Numbered from the stretch's first letter, positions 1 to 9,519 are shown. The stretch is DNA of 60,687 nucleotides from Vicinamibacterales bacterium (GCA_025450765.1 JANWLS010000132.1:1-60687), one strand, 5' to 3'. Made by a program: numbers and translations. The notes: generated by a model not told the origin, from the letters alone.

Positions 1-344
1 CGGCGCAGAGCCGCCATCAGGACGACCGCACCCGAGCTGTAGCCGCCGACGCCAATCACGACGTCCGGCGACCGCCGCGAGATGATCTGCCACGCATCGA
101 CGCCGCTCGCCGGCAAGACCAGGAACCCTCGCGCCCTGGTCGCGAGCGATTTTCCCTTGAGACCGCCGCTCCGCAGCAGGTCGAGTGCGAAGCCTTCCCG
201 CGGAATCACGCGCGCCTCGATGCCTCGGGCCGTGCCCGCAAACGTGACGGTGGCTCGCGGATCGCGCGCGACGATCTCGCGCGCCACCGCAATCCCCGGA
301 TAGAGGTGCCCTCCGGTGCCGCCGCCCGCGATGAGGACCTTCAC
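1..344 (-). CDS. murG: MurG (lipid I GlcNAc transferase), N-terminal part only. The gene runs off the left edge of the window.
   Basis: My own translation of the minus strand from GTG at 344 gives VKVLIAGGGTGGHLYPGIAVAREI (GGTGGH signature). GTGA start/stop overlap with ftsW. Expected dcw position. Not in the ORF track because no stop lies in the window. Confidence 0.85.
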   Translation of the reverse strand, partial: MKVLIAGGGTGGHLYPGIAVAREIVARDPRATVTFAGTARGIEARVIPREGFALDLLRSGGLKGKSLATRARGFLVLPASGVDAWQIISRRSPDVVIGVGGYSSGAVVLMAALR

Positions 345-1441
345 ACCTTGCTCGTTGCATGCTGCGACACGTTGAGCAGGATGCCCATTCCCAGCAGGTT
401 CATGATCAACGACGATCCACCGAAGCTCACGAACGGCAGGGGAATCCCCTTGGTCGGCATCAGGCCGATCACCACGCTGATGTTCACGAACGCCTGGACC
501 GCCAGCATGGTGGTCAGGCCCAGCGCGAGCAGCGCGCCAAATTGATCGGGCGCCCGAAACGCGATCCGGAGCCCCCGCCACGCGATCACGCAGAAACAGA
601 TCAGGACGGCGGTGGTGCCGATGAGCCCAAGCTCCTCGCCGATCACGGCGTAAATGAAATCCGTGTGCGGCTCGGGCAGGTAGAACAGCTTCTGCACGCC
701 GCCCATGATGCCGCGCCCGAACACACCGCCCGTGCCGACGGCGATGAGCGACTGGATGATCTGGAAGCCGTCGCCGAGCGGATCGCGCCAGGGATTGAGA
801 AACGCGAACAGCCGGCGGCGGCGGTACGCGGCACCCATGAGCACGACGTACACCACGGGCAGACTGACCAGCATCGCGCCGAGGATGTAGCGCCAGCTCA
901 GGCCGGCGGCTACGACCATCACGACCACGATGATCACGAGCGCCATCGCCGTCCCGAAATCCGGCTCCAGCAGGATCAGGAAGACGAGCCCGAGGACGAC
1001 CAGGCCGATCGGCAGCAGCGCGTACGACAACTCGTTGATGCGATGCATGCGCCGCTCGAGAAGGGCGGCGATGAAGAAGATCGCCGCCAGCTTCGCCAGC
1101 TCCGATGGCTGCACGCCGATCCCGCCGATCCCGAACCAGCGCCGCGCGCTGTTGACGGGCGCTCGAAAGAGTACGGCGACGAGCGCGAGGCCGACGACCG
1201 CGAGCACGGTCCAGATCAGGACCGGCTCCCTGTACAGGCGGTAGTCGACGCGCATGATCACGCCCAGCACGGCCATGCCGAGCGCCACCCACATGATCTG
1301 CTTCACCAGGAACCGGTAGGGATCGCCATACTGCTCCATGGCGACGACGGCCGAGGCACTGTAGACCATGACGACACTGACCGAAATAAGGAGCAGGGTC
1401 GCCAGAAAGAGCACCTTGTCGGATTTCAGCGTGCGCGCCAT
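341..1441 (-). CDS. ftsW: FtsW/RodA/SpoVE (SEDS) family cell-division protein
   Basis: 366-aa polytopic membrane protein with a SEDS-like C-terminus (PTKGIPLPFVSFGGSS). Lies between murD and murG in the dcw cluster. Confidence 0.9.
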   Translation of the reverse strand: MARTLKSDKVLFLATLLLISVSVVMVYSASAVVAMEQYGDPYRFLVKQIMWVALGMAVLGVIMRVDYRLYREPVLIWTVLAVVGLALVAVLFRAPVNSARRWFGIGGIGVQPSELAKLAAIFFIAALLERRMHRINELSYALLPIGLVVLGLVFLILLEPDFGTAMALVIIVVVMVVAAGLSWRYILGAMLVSLPVVYVVLMGAAYRRRRLFAFLNPWRDPLGDGFQIIQSLIAVGTGGVFGRGIMGGVQKLFYLPEPHTDFIYAVIGEELGLIGTTAVLICFCVIAWRGLRIAFRAPDQFGALLALGLTTMLAVQAFVNISVVIGLMPTKGIPLPFVSFGGSSLIMNLLGMGILLNVSQHATSKV

Positions 1442-1495
1442 GATCTCCGTTCCGTCGCCCTAAAGCCTGAAGCCCGTCCATCCGAAAGATCGTGA

Positions 1496-1523
1496 GCAGT
1501 CAGCAGTCATCAGTCGACCGTGG
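1496..1523. repeat. Tandem heptads GCAGTCA GCAGTCA TCAGTCG ACCGTGG in the murD-ftsW spacer
   Basis: Read directly. Part of the left arm of a long-range inverted repeat with 1590-1610. Confidence 0.7.
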
Positions 1524-1619
1524 GTGAAGACACCCGCTTCGCAGGCCGGGGCAGCCTGCGTTCCCAGCAGCCGGCTCCTCACCGCGCCAGGCCGACCGAT
1601 GACTGCTCACCGCTCACGG

Positions 1620-2978
1620 CTACCGCCGCGTCGTGAGCTGCTTGACCGCCGCCTTGAACCGTCTCCCTCGATCCGCGTAATCCACGAACATGTCGAAGCT
1701 GGCGCACGCCGGCGCCAGGAGCACGACGCCGCGCGGACGCGCCGCCGCGAACGCCTGCGTGACCGCGTCTTCCATCGAGGTCGCGTCACGCACCGGCACC
1801 AGGTCCGACAGCGACTCTCGAATGAGGGGGCGCGCATCACCGATGGCGACGACGGCCGCCACGCGGCCGGAGACGGCTTCGCGCAGATCGCGAAAGCTTC
1901 CGCCCTTGAATCGCCCGCCCAGGATCACGACCACGCGATCGTCGAAGCTCTCAATCGCACGCCGCGCGGCTTCGATGTTCGTCGCCTTCGAGTCGTTGAT
2001 GAACCGGACGCCGTCGACCGCGCCGACCGACTCCATCGCGTGCTCGAGGCCACGAAAGCTTTCAACCGCCGTGACCAAGGCCGGCGACGCCACGCCGGCA
2101 ATCGATCCCACCGCCGCCGCCGCCATCACGTCCGCCAGCAGGTGCCGCCCTGGCAGCTGCACGGCCGACACCGGCACGAGCGGGGTCTGCCGTCCATTCA
2201 CGGTTCGCACGATCGTGTCGCCCACGAGGGACACGCCCTCGGCCATCGCCCGGTCCATCGCGAACGGCAGCCGCCGGGCCGCCGATCGATCGGCGAGCGC
2301 GAGCACCGCCGGGTCGTCGGCGTTGACCACTGTCCAGTCATCCGCGGCCTGGTTGGCAAAGATGCGCGCCTTGGCCGCCGCGTACGCCTCGCGCGTGCCG
2401 TGACGATCGAGATGGTCCGCCGACAGGTTCAGGAGCACGGCGATCCACGGATGAAACGTGTCCGTCTCTTCGAGCTGGAAGCTGCTCACCTCGACGACGT
2501 GCAGGGTCTCGGGCGTGGAGGCGTCCACCTGCGCGCTGAGCGGCAGCCCGATATTGCCGCCGACGATCGCGCGCCGGCCGCCGGCCTGCAGCACCCGCCC
2601 CGTCAGAGTCGTCGTGGTCGACTTCCCCTTCGTCCCCGTGATGGCGATCACCTTTCCTTTGAGCCAGCGCGACGCCAGCTCGATCTCGCCCATGACCGGC
2701 ACGCCGCGCTGTCGTGCGTCGGCGATGAGCGGCTGACTGCCCGGCACGCCCGGGCTGAGCACAATCAGGTCCGCGCGCTCGAACACACCCGATGGGTGCC
2801 CGCCGAGCGCCAGTTCGACGCCCGCGTTCCGCAACCCCTCAGCCGCATCGATCTCCGGCCGCAGGTCGGTCAGGGTGACCTGCGCGCCGCGCCGCGCCAG
2901 CAGTGCTGCCGCCGCGACCCCGCTTCTCGCCGCTCCGACCACGGTCACCCGCTTCGCCGCGACGGAGAATGACTGCAT
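1620..2978 (-). CDS. murD: UDP-N-acetylmuramoylalanine--D-glutamate ligase
   Basis: Mur ligase motifs AITGTKGKSTTTTL and N-terminal VVGAARSG Rossmann-like fold. dcw order. Start placed at ATG 2978; GTG 2993 is an alternative. Confidence 0.9.
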   Translation of the reverse strand: MQSFSVAAKRVTVVGAARSGVAAAALLARRGAQVTLTDLRPEIDAAEGLRNAGVELALGGHPSGVFERADLIVLSPGVPGSQPLIADARQRGVPVMGEIELASRWLKGKVIAITGTKGKSTTTTLTGRVLQAGGRRAIVGGNIGLPLSAQVDASTPETLHVVEVSSFQLEETDTFHPWIAVLLNLSADHLDRHGTREAYAAAKARIFANQAADDWTVVNADDPAVLALADRSAARRLPFAMDRAMAEGVSLVGDTIVRTVNGRQTPLVPVSAVQLPGRHLLADVMAAAAVGSIAGVASPALVTAVESFRGLEHAMESVGAVDGVRFINDSKATNIEAARRAIESFDDRVVVILGGRFKGGSFRDLREAVSGRVAAVVAIGDARPLIRESLSDLVPVRDATSMEDAVTQAFAAARPRGVVLLAPACASFDMFVDYADRGRRFKAAVKQLTTRR

Positions 2979-3014
2979 CCACGTGCCCCACACTGCCCTG
3001 GACGACGCGCGCGC

Positions 3015-4100
3015 TCACCGCAGCTTCAGCGTCGTCAGGCTGAACAGCGCGAAGATCACGGCGACGATGACGAACCGGATGAACACTTTCGGCTCGCTCC
3101 ACCCGAGCAGCTCGAAGTGATGATGGAGCGGTGCCATCCGGAACACGCGCTTGCCGGTCATCTTGAACGACGCCACCTGGATGATGTCCGACAGCGCCTC
3201 GATGACGAAGACGCCACCGACGATCACCAGCAGGACTTCCTGTTTGATGAGAATCGCGACCGTGCCGAGCGCGGCGCCGAGCGCCAGCGACCCGACGTCG
3301 CCCATGAAGATCTCCGCCGGGTACGAGTTGTACCAGAGGAAACCGAGCGACGCGCCGACCAGCGAGCCGCAGAAGATCGTCAGCTCCGCGGCTGCCGGAA
3401 ACCGGACGATGAGCAGGTACTCGGCGAGGACGCGGTTGCCCGTCACGTAGGCGAGCGCGGTGAACACCGCCGCGGCGATCGCAAATGTGCTGATGGCGAG
3501 GCCGTCGAGGCCGTCGGTGAGGTTCACGGCGTTCGACGCTCCGACGAGCACGAGCACCGTGAACGCCAGGTAGCCCCAGCCGAGATCGGGAATCAGGCGC
3601 TTGAAGAACGGGAAGATGAGCCGCGTCGTGTACAGGTTCTGGTGCGCGAGCGCCAGCAGCACGAGGCCGACCGCCACGGCCACGACCACCTGCGCGGCCA
3701 TCTTGTAGCGCGGCCGCAGGCCATGGTGCGACCGCCGGACGATTTTCAGATAGTCGTCCGCGAACCCGATCGCGCCGAAGGCTGCCGTGGTGAGGACCGC
3801 AATCCATATATCGATGTTCCCGAGGTCCGCCCAGATCAACGTCGGTACCAGCGCCGCCGCCAGGATCAAGAGGCCGCCCATCGTCGGCGTCCCCGCCTTC
3901 GGGTGGTGCGAGGCCGGCCCTTCGCGGCGGATCACCTGCCCGATCTGGAACTTCCGCAGCTCGCGAATGAGCCATGGCCCGAGCAGCAGACTGATAGCGA
4001 GCGCCGTCAGGCTCGCCGCGGCCGTCCGAAACGTGATGTACCGGACAACATTGAAGACGCCGCTGGTATCGCGAAACCTGAAGAGCAGCTCATACAGCAT
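3015..4100 (-). CDS. mraY: Phospho-N-acetylmuramoyl-pentapeptide transferase
   Basis: MLYELLFRF... N-terminus and RMAPLHHHFELLGW motif. ATGA overlap with the murF stop at 4100. The ORF-track extension to 4352 is an Arg/Gly-rich artefact. Confidence 0.92.
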   Translation of the reverse strand: MLYELLFRFRDTSGVFNVVRYITFRTAAASLTALAISLLLGPWLIRELRKFQIGQVIRREGPASHHPKAGTPTMGGLLILAAALVPTLIWADLGNIDIWIAVLTTAAFGAIGFADDYLKIVRRSHHGLRPRYKMAAQVVVAVAVGLVLLALAHQNLYTTRLIFPFFKRLIPDLGWGYLAFTVLVLVGASNAVNLTDGLDGLAISTFAIAAAVFTALAYVTGNRVLAEYLLIVRFPAAAELTIFCGSLVGASLGFLWYNSYPAEIFMGDVGSLALGAALGTVAILIKQEVLLVIVGGVFVIEALSDIIQVASFKMTGKRVFRMAPLHHHFELLGWSEPKVFIRFVIVAVIFALFSLTTLKLR

Positions 4101-5497
4101 CAGGCGAACTCCGCCTGAAGCCGCTTCACCACCTGCTCGGTCCCAATCCCCCGCGAGCCCTTCACCAGCACGAGGTCGCCCGGCCGTGTGAGGGCGGCGA
4201 CCACGTCGGCCGCCTCGGCGCTCGTCGCCGCATACGTCACGTCGTGCGGCGGCATGCCGGCCGCGATCGCGGCTCCGGCCAGGGCCCGCGCCGGCTCGCC
4301 GCCGACGGCCACCAGGCGCGACAGCTGAGAGGCCGCCGCCGCACGGCCGCACCGCTCGTGCAGCGGCACCGCCTGCTCACCAAGCTCCAGCATTTCGCCG
4401 AGCACGGCGATCCGCCGCGCGGACCTGGACTCGTGGGCGAGCACCGCAAGCGCCTGCTGCACCGCGGTCGGATTCGCGTTGTAGCTGTCGTCCACGATCG
4501 TGACGCCGCCCGCCAGCCGATGAATCTGCCCGCGATGCGATGCCGGCCGCAGCGCCGCGATCCGGGGGCGCATCTCCGCGAGCGGCACCCCGAAGTGCAG
4601 GCCGACGGCCATCGCGGCGAGCGCGTTCTCCAGGTTGCCGCGTCCCGGGAGCGGCACCTGCACCTCGGCTTCGTCAAGCCCCGCTCGAACCTGCGCGACG
4701 CTGCCATCGAGGCCGAGCTCGCGGACCGCTCGCGCCGACACGTCAGCCGGCTTGTCGATCGCGAAGGTGAGCACCCGTCCTGGAAACCGTGCGGCACGGG
4801 CCATCACGCGGGGGTCACCGGCATTCGCCACCAGCACGCTCTGACGGTCCGCGCCCTCCATCACTTCGGCCTTCGCGTCCGCGATCGCCTCGACGGACGA
4901 GAAGAACCCGAGGTGCGCGTCGCCGACGTTGGTCCAGACACGAACATCCGGATGGGCGAGCCCGACGAGCGTCCGGATTTCTCCTGCGTGGTTCATCGCC
5001 AGTTCGACCACCGCGACGTCCGGCCCGCGTCGCAGCTCGAGCAGCGAGAGCGGCAGGCCGATATGGTTGTTCAGGTTCCCCCGACTCCGGAACACCCGGT
5101 AACGCGCCTCGAGCACGTCGGCCGCGGCTTCCTTCGTCGTCGTCTTTCCGGCGCTCCCGGTGATCGCCACCACCTGTGCGCCGGATGCGCGCCGGACGTG
5201 GGCAGCAAGCGCCTGAAGGGCGGCCACCACGTCGCTCACGACGATCGCGAGTGCGCCGCGCGCCCGCGCCGCCGGCATGCTGGTGTCGGCCACGATGCCA
5301 CAGGCACCCGCCGCCAGCGCGGCTTCCGCGAACCTCGTCCCGTCGAACCGCTCGCCCCTGATGGCGAAGAACAGGTCGCCGGCCTGCAGCGTGCGCGTGT
5401 CGATCGAGAAGCCGTCGATCCGCGCGTCGGCGTCGCCTGATTCCAGCCGGCCGCCGGTGGCCTGCGCAACGATGCCGGCGGTGAGCGTCACCTCCAC
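4100..5497 (-). CDS. murF: UDP-MurNAc-tripeptide--D-alanyl-D-alanine ligase
   Basis: ITGSAGKTTTKE P-loop and Mur ligase C-terminal domain. Start taken as GTG 5497 (VEVTLTAGIVAQATGG), 10 nt after the murE stop. GTG 5491 is possible. Confidence 0.9.
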   Translation of the reverse strand: MEVTLTAGIVAQATGGRLESGDADARIDGFSIDTRTLQAGDLFFAIRGERFDGTRFAEAALAAGACGIVADTSMPAARARGALAIVVSDVVAALQALAAHVRRASGAQVVAITGSAGKTTTKEAAADVLEARYRVFRSRGNLNNHIGLPLSLLELRRGPDVAVVELAMNHAGEIRTLVGLAHPDVRVWTNVGDAHLGFFSSVEAIADAKAEVMEGADRQSVLVANAGDPRVMARAARFPGRVLTFAIDKPADVSARAVRELGLDGSVAQVRAGLDEAEVQVPLPGRGNLENALAAMAVGLHFGVPLAEMRPRIAALRPASHRGQIHRLAGGVTIVDDSYNANPTAVQQALAVLAHESRSARRIAVLGEMLELGEQAVPLHERCGRAAAASQLSRLVAVGGEPARALAGAAIAAGMPPHDVTYAATSAEAADVVAALTRPGDLVLVKGSRGIGTEQVVKRLQAEFA

Positions 5498-5507
5498 GAT
5501 GGGCCGC

Positions 5508-7055
5508 CTACCGCCGTTCCGCCGGCGCGCGGCGAGCGACACCGCCGGCGCCACGGCGTCCCGCGAGCGCTTCCGTCGCGACCGCCACGTCATCGAACGG
5601 CAGCGCGCGATCGCCAATCACCTGGGTCTTCTCATGACCCTTGCCGGCCACGAGCACCAGGTCGCCGGCACGCGCGAGTTGCACGGCCTTGAGGATCGCC
5701 GCGCGTCGATCGACGATAGCGAGCTGCGCAGCCGGCTCACGCTTCGGGTCGCGCGCCGCACCCGCGGCGAGCCCTCGCTGAATCTCTTCGATAATCCGCT
5801 GGGGGTCTTCGCTGCGCGGATTGTCGGAGGTGACGATCACGACATCGCTCAGCCGCGCGGCGACCGCGCCCATCAGCGGCCGCTTGCTGCGATCCCGATC
5901 GCCTCCGCAGCCGAACACGGTAATCAGGCGTCCGGCCGAGAGCGGTCGCGCGGTTTCCAGGAGGTTGCGCAACGCGTCATCGGTATGCGCATAGTCGACA
6001 AGGACGGTGATCTCGTCGGCCGCGTCGGAGACGACCTGGAAGCGCCCCGGCACGCGCGCCAGTGACGCGACGCCGCGTTCGATCTCGGCGAAGGGGATGT
6101 CGAGTGCTGTCGCGGCGCCGACCGCCGCGAGGATGTTGTAGACGTTCGGGCGTCCCACGAGCGGCGAGGCGACGTTCAGCGAGCCGCGCGGCGTGCGGAT
6201 CTCGAACCGGAGCCCCTCGAGGCTGAAGGAGAGCGGCCCCGGCATGATGTCGGCTCGACGATCGATGCCGTAGGTCACCGGCTGGGAGACACTGGCGGCG
6301 AGCTCGGGGCCACGCGGATCGTCCAGGTTGACCACGGCGGGTACGCCGGGCTCGAGCATGTCGAACAGCCGCCGCTTGGCCGCGAAGTAGCGGTCCATGT
6401 CGTGGTGGTAGTCGAGATGCTCGCGCGTGAGATTGGTGAAGATGGCCGCGGCAAACCGGATGTCGTCCACGCGGTGGAGCGCCAGTGCGTGCGACGAGGC
6501 CTCCATCACCGCGGCGCCGCACCCTGCGTCGGCCATCTCACGGAGCATCCGCTGCACGTCCGGCGCTTCCGGCGTCGTCCGCGTGGCTTCGCGCTCCTGT
6601 TTCCCGATTCGATAGGCCACCGTCCCGAGCAGGCCGCAGGACGCGCCGGCCGCTTCGAAGATGGCGGCCATCAGGTATGCCGTGGTCGTCTTGCCGTTGG
6701 TGCCGGTGATCCCGACCACCTGCATCTGGCGGCTGGGATGGCCGTACCAGGCTGCGGCCGCGGCGGCGAGCGTGCGGCGGGCATCGCGCACGATCAGCCA
6801 GGGCCGCTCCAATGCCGGCGCCGGCATGGACTCCGCGACAATCAAGGATGCGCCCCGGGCCACGGCCTGTCCCGCGAAGCTCGCACCGTCCGCGTGCTCC
6901 CCTCTCAAGCCGAAAAAGACGCCGTGCGAGACGACCTGGCGCGAGTCGTAGGCGATTCCCCCGAGCCGCTGCGCATCCAGATCGGTCGACCAGCCGATCG
7001 CCTGCACGTCGGGATCGACCGCGGCGATGAGCCCGCGAAGCTGGCCGCCGGTCAT
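5508..7055 (-). CDS. murE: UDP-MurNAc-L-Ala-D-Glu--2,6-diaminopimelate ligase
   Basis: GITGTNGKTTTAY P-loop and DNPR motif (TSDNPRSEDP), which points to meso-DAP type. ATG 7055 forms an ATGA overlap with the ftsI stop. The 1160-aa ORF in the track is an upstream read-through over ftsI. Confidence 0.92.
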   Translation of the reverse strand: MTGGQLRGLIAAVDPDVQAIGWSTDLDAQRLGGIAYDSRQVVSHGVFFGLRGEHADGASFAGQAVARGASLIVAESMPAPALERPWLIVRDARRTLAAAAAAWYGHPSRQMQVVGITGTNGKTTTAYLMAAIFEAAGASCGLLGTVAYRIGKQEREATRTTPEAPDVQRMLREMADAGCGAAVMEASSHALALHRVDDIRFAAAIFTNLTREHLDYHHDMDRYFAAKRRLFDMLEPGVPAVVNLDDPRGPELAASVSQPVTYGIDRRADIMPGPLSFSLEGLRFEIRTPRGSLNVASPLVGRPNVYNILAAVGAATALDIPFAEIERGVASLARVPGRFQVVSDAADEITVLVDYAHTDDALRNLLETARPLSAGRLITVFGCGGDRDRSKRPLMGAVAARLSDVVIVTSDNPRSEDPQRIIEEIQRGLAAGAARDPKREPAAQLAIVDRRAAILKAVQLARAGDLVLVAGKGHEKTQVIGDRALPFDDVAVATEALAGRRGAGGVARRAPAERR

Positions 7056-9058
7056 CGTTGCCCTCCCGATGCCTGGCGATCGACGGCGGTCCCCTTTGGC
7101 AGGCGCTTCAGCGTGAGGCGACAGACCGCACCAGGTTCGATGGCGACGCCTGGCGCCGGATCCTGCGCGACGACCGTTCCATCTCCCGAGAGCTGCGCCG
7201 TCATGCCGAGGTGCGCGAGTGCCTGCATCGCGTCGCGGGCGCTGAGGCCGGTCAGGTCCGGAAGGCCCGATCCGGTCGAGGAGACATCCACCACCTGCGG
7301 CCGGACGGGAGCTGGAGACGACGGCGCCGACGTCGTCACGATCACCGGCGGACGCGGATCGATCGTCGGCCCGACCCCGAGGTACTGCAGCGCCGCTTCG
7401 GCGATCTGCTTGAACACGGGCGCCGAGACCGAACCGCCGTAATAACCGTGGCCGTGCGGTGAATCGATGACCACCAGGATGGCCAGTGCCGGGTTTCGCG
7501 AGGGGAGGAAACCGACGAACGAGGCGTTGTAGTCGCTCTTGGAATAATGACCGTTGACCAGCTTGGCGGCCGTCCCGGTCTTGCCCGCGATCGTGTACCC
7601 GGGAATCTGTGCGGCTTTCGCGGTGCCGCGATCGACCACGCCCTCCATGATCGGCACGAGCGTCGCCGCGGTCTGCGCCGAGATCGCCCGACGCACCACG
7701 TGATGCGGCACCAGCAGCCAGCGTCCGTTGGCGTAGAAGGCGCGCACCACGCGCGGCTCCATCAGGAGGCCGCCGTTCGCCACCACGCTCGCCGCCGTAA
7801 TCATCTGCAGCGGCGTCACGCCGATCTGGTAGCCCATCGACACCGACGCGAGCGCGCTGTCGGTCCAGTTGTCCGGGTTCCACACGATCCCGGCGCTCTG
7901 CCCGGCGAAATCCGGCGAGAGCTCCTGCCCGAACCCGAACCGCTTGACGAACTCGCCGAGCCGATCCGCGCCCAGCTTCATCCCGATCTTGATCGCCGCG
8001 ACGTTGCTCGACTCGATCAGGAACTCCGGGAAGGTGAGCACGCCGTGATCGGCGGTGTCGTGGACGATGCGCGAGCCGATGCGGATCGTTCCCGGCCGCG
8101 TGTCGATGATGTCGTTCACCGACCAGACGTGATCTTCGAGCGCCGCCGACGCCGTGACGATCTTGAACGTCGACCCGGGCTCGTACACATCCTGCACGGC
8201 GCGGTCGCGGCGAGCCACCGGACTGGCCTCCTGAAACGTGTTCGGGTTGAAGGTCGGCTCGTTGGCGAGCGCCAGGATCTCGCCGGTGCGGGGATCCATG
8301 ATGATCGCCGTGCCGCCTTCGGCGTTGTTGTCGACCACGCCGCGGTGGAGCTCGCGCTCGGCGATGTGCTGCAGGTACTCGTCGATCGTCAGCTCGACGG
8401 TGGCCCCGGTGGTGGGCGGCCGCTCGAGGCGGCTGAACGCGTGCCGCCGCGCATCCGTCTGGATGAGGACCATGCCGGCACGGCCGCGGATCTTCGAATC
8501 GTAGACGGCCTCGATGCCGCCGAGACCGACATTGTCGATGCCGACGTACCCGACCACGTGCGCGGCGAGCTGGCGATTCGGATAGAACCGCCGGCTCTCC
8601 TGGAGGAACCCGACGCCTTCCAGGTTGAGCGCCTCGACGCGGCGTACGACCTCGGGAGAGACCAGGCGGCGCACGTAGGTGAAGGCGCGCGGCTGACTCA
8701 GCCGGTCGACGAGCGATTTCAGATCCTCCGGTGTGCAGTCGCCCAGCGCGCCGCACAAATCGCGCGCGACGGATTTCGGCCGGGAGATTTCGTTCGGAAC
8801 CGCGTAGAGCGACTCCGCCTCGACGCTGACGGCGAGCACGCGTCCATTGCGATCGAGGATGTCGCCGCGCTCGGCCGGCGCGGGCTGCGTCCGGAGCTGC
8901 TGCCGCTCGGCGCGCGCCTGGAGATCGGTGTGCTCGACGACCTGCAGCACGACGAGACGGGCTTCGATGCCGACCGCCCAGCACGCCCACAGGACGGCAA
9001 GCAGCACCATCCGGCGCTTGAGCGTCCGTCGCCAGTCTGTGCGGGCCTCTTCAGCCAT
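7052..9058 (-). CDS. ftsI: Class B penicillin-binding protein / peptidoglycan D,D-transpeptidase with C-terminal PASTA-like domain
   Basis: SxxK (GSTFK), SxN (SSN) and KTG (KTGT) motifs, plus an N-terminal TM anchor. dcw position. Confidence 0.92.
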   Translation of the reverse strand: MAEEARTDWRRTLKRRMVLLAVLWACWAVGIEARLVVLQVVEHTDLQARAERQQLRTQPAPAERGDILDRNGRVLAVSVEAESLYAVPNEISRPKSVARDLCGALGDCTPEDLKSLVDRLSQPRAFTYVRRLVSPEVVRRVEALNLEGVGFLQESRRFYPNRQLAAHVVGYVGIDNVGLGGIEAVYDSKIRGRAGMVLIQTDARRHAFSRLERPPTTGATVELTIDEYLQHIAERELHRGVVDNNAEGGTAIIMDPRTGEILALANEPTFNPNTFQEASPVARRDRAVQDVYEPGSTFKIVTASAALEDHVWSVNDIIDTRPGTIRIGSRIVHDTADHGVLTFPEFLIESSNVAAIKIGMKLGADRLGEFVKRFGFGQELSPDFAGQSAGIVWNPDNWTDSALASVSMGYQIGVTPLQMITAASVVANGGLLMEPRVVRAFYANGRWLLVPHHVVRRAISAQTAATLVPIMEGVVDRGTAKAAQIPGYTIAGKTGTAAKLVNGHYSKSDYNASFVGFLPSRNPALAILVVIDSPHGHGYYGGSVSAPVFKQIAEAALQYLGVGPTIDPRPPVIVTTSAPSSPAPVRPQVVDVSSTGSGLPDLTGLSARDAMQALAHLGMTAQLSGDGTVVAQDPAPGVAIEPGAVCRLTLKRLPKGTAVDRQASGGQR

Positions 9059-9066
9059 CGGAGTCC

Positions 9067-9101
9067 CCGGTCTCCCGTCCTCGGTCCACGGTCTACGGTC
9101 G
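9067..9101. repeat. Five tandem heptads CCGGTCT CCCGTCC TCGGTCC ACGGTCT ACGGTCG in the ftsL-ftsI spacer
   Basis: Read directly. The core CRGTC is the same as in the murD-ftsW spacer heptads and sits on the same strand. Confidence 0.7.
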
Positions 9102-9128
9102 ATGTGCCGCTATTGCGTCTCCGCGTGA

Positions 9129-9515
9129 TCAGCGCAGCGCGACAATCGTCTTGGCCGGCGGCGCCGGCGGCACCACGCGCTCGATCACCGTCGCGTCGTG
9201 CAGGCCCGGTTCGGCCATGTGAAGCCGCTCCGTCGCGATCGCCTCGATGCGCGCCGGCGATTGAAGCGTCTCGATTTCCAGGTGAAGACGACGGTTGAGC
9301 GCCTGCTCCGCCGCGAACGTCTTCTGCAACTGCTCGACGCGATAGCCGTGGCGAATCAATTGAAAGTGCTGCCACGCCGAAAACAGGACGACGGCCACGA
9401 GCAGGACCGCGATGCCGGCTGACCGCCAGAGCTCCCGCTGCCGCGCCCGATCGATCTCGCGAACGATCGGGTTGTTCCGCACATCCTTCTTGATCGCGTA
9501 CTCGAATGGTTCCAT
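9129..9515 (-). CDS. ftsL: FtsL-like cell-division protein (single TM plus coiled coil)
   Basis: 128 aa starting from ATG 9515 (MEPFEYAIKKD...). One TM (AGIAVLLVAVVLFSAW) followed by a heptad-like helix. Lies between rsmH and ftsI. Confidence 0.6.
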   Translation of the reverse strand: MEPFEYAIKKDVRNNPIVREIDRARQRELWRSAGIAVLLVAVVLFSAWQHFQLIRHGYRVEQLQKTFAAEQALNRRLHLEIETLQSPARIEAIATERLHMAEPGLHDATVIERVVPPAPPAKTIVALR

Positions 9516-9519
9516 GGTG

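Noticed and set aside
359-1495. Long ORFs on the strand or frame opposite recognised genes. Examples: 359-1495 +, 1524-2972 +, 2839-3975 -, 7547-9298 +, 19043-20758 -, 38730-40316 -, 41245-43647 +, 51208-52848 -, 54643-56271 +, 57517-58770 +.
   Set aside because: These are typical high-GC shadow ORFs. They are Arg/Pro/Gly/His/Asp-rich low-complexity translations with no recognisable motifs. Each fully overlaps a gene with strong family signatures.
7056-8990. The upstream 645 codons of the 1160-aa ORF 5508-8990, which would extend murE.
   Set aside because: This frame simply stays open across ftsI. The translation is Arg/Ala/Gly-rich nonsense. murE starts at ATG 7055 (MTGGQLRGLIAAVD...), with an ATGA overlap on the ftsI stop.
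9067-9101. A CRISPR array or minisatellite interpretation of the heptad arrays and other short tandem repeats.
   Set aside because: The units are 7 nt with no spacers, and no cas genes are present. No CRISPR-like repeat-spacer structure exists anywhere in the window.
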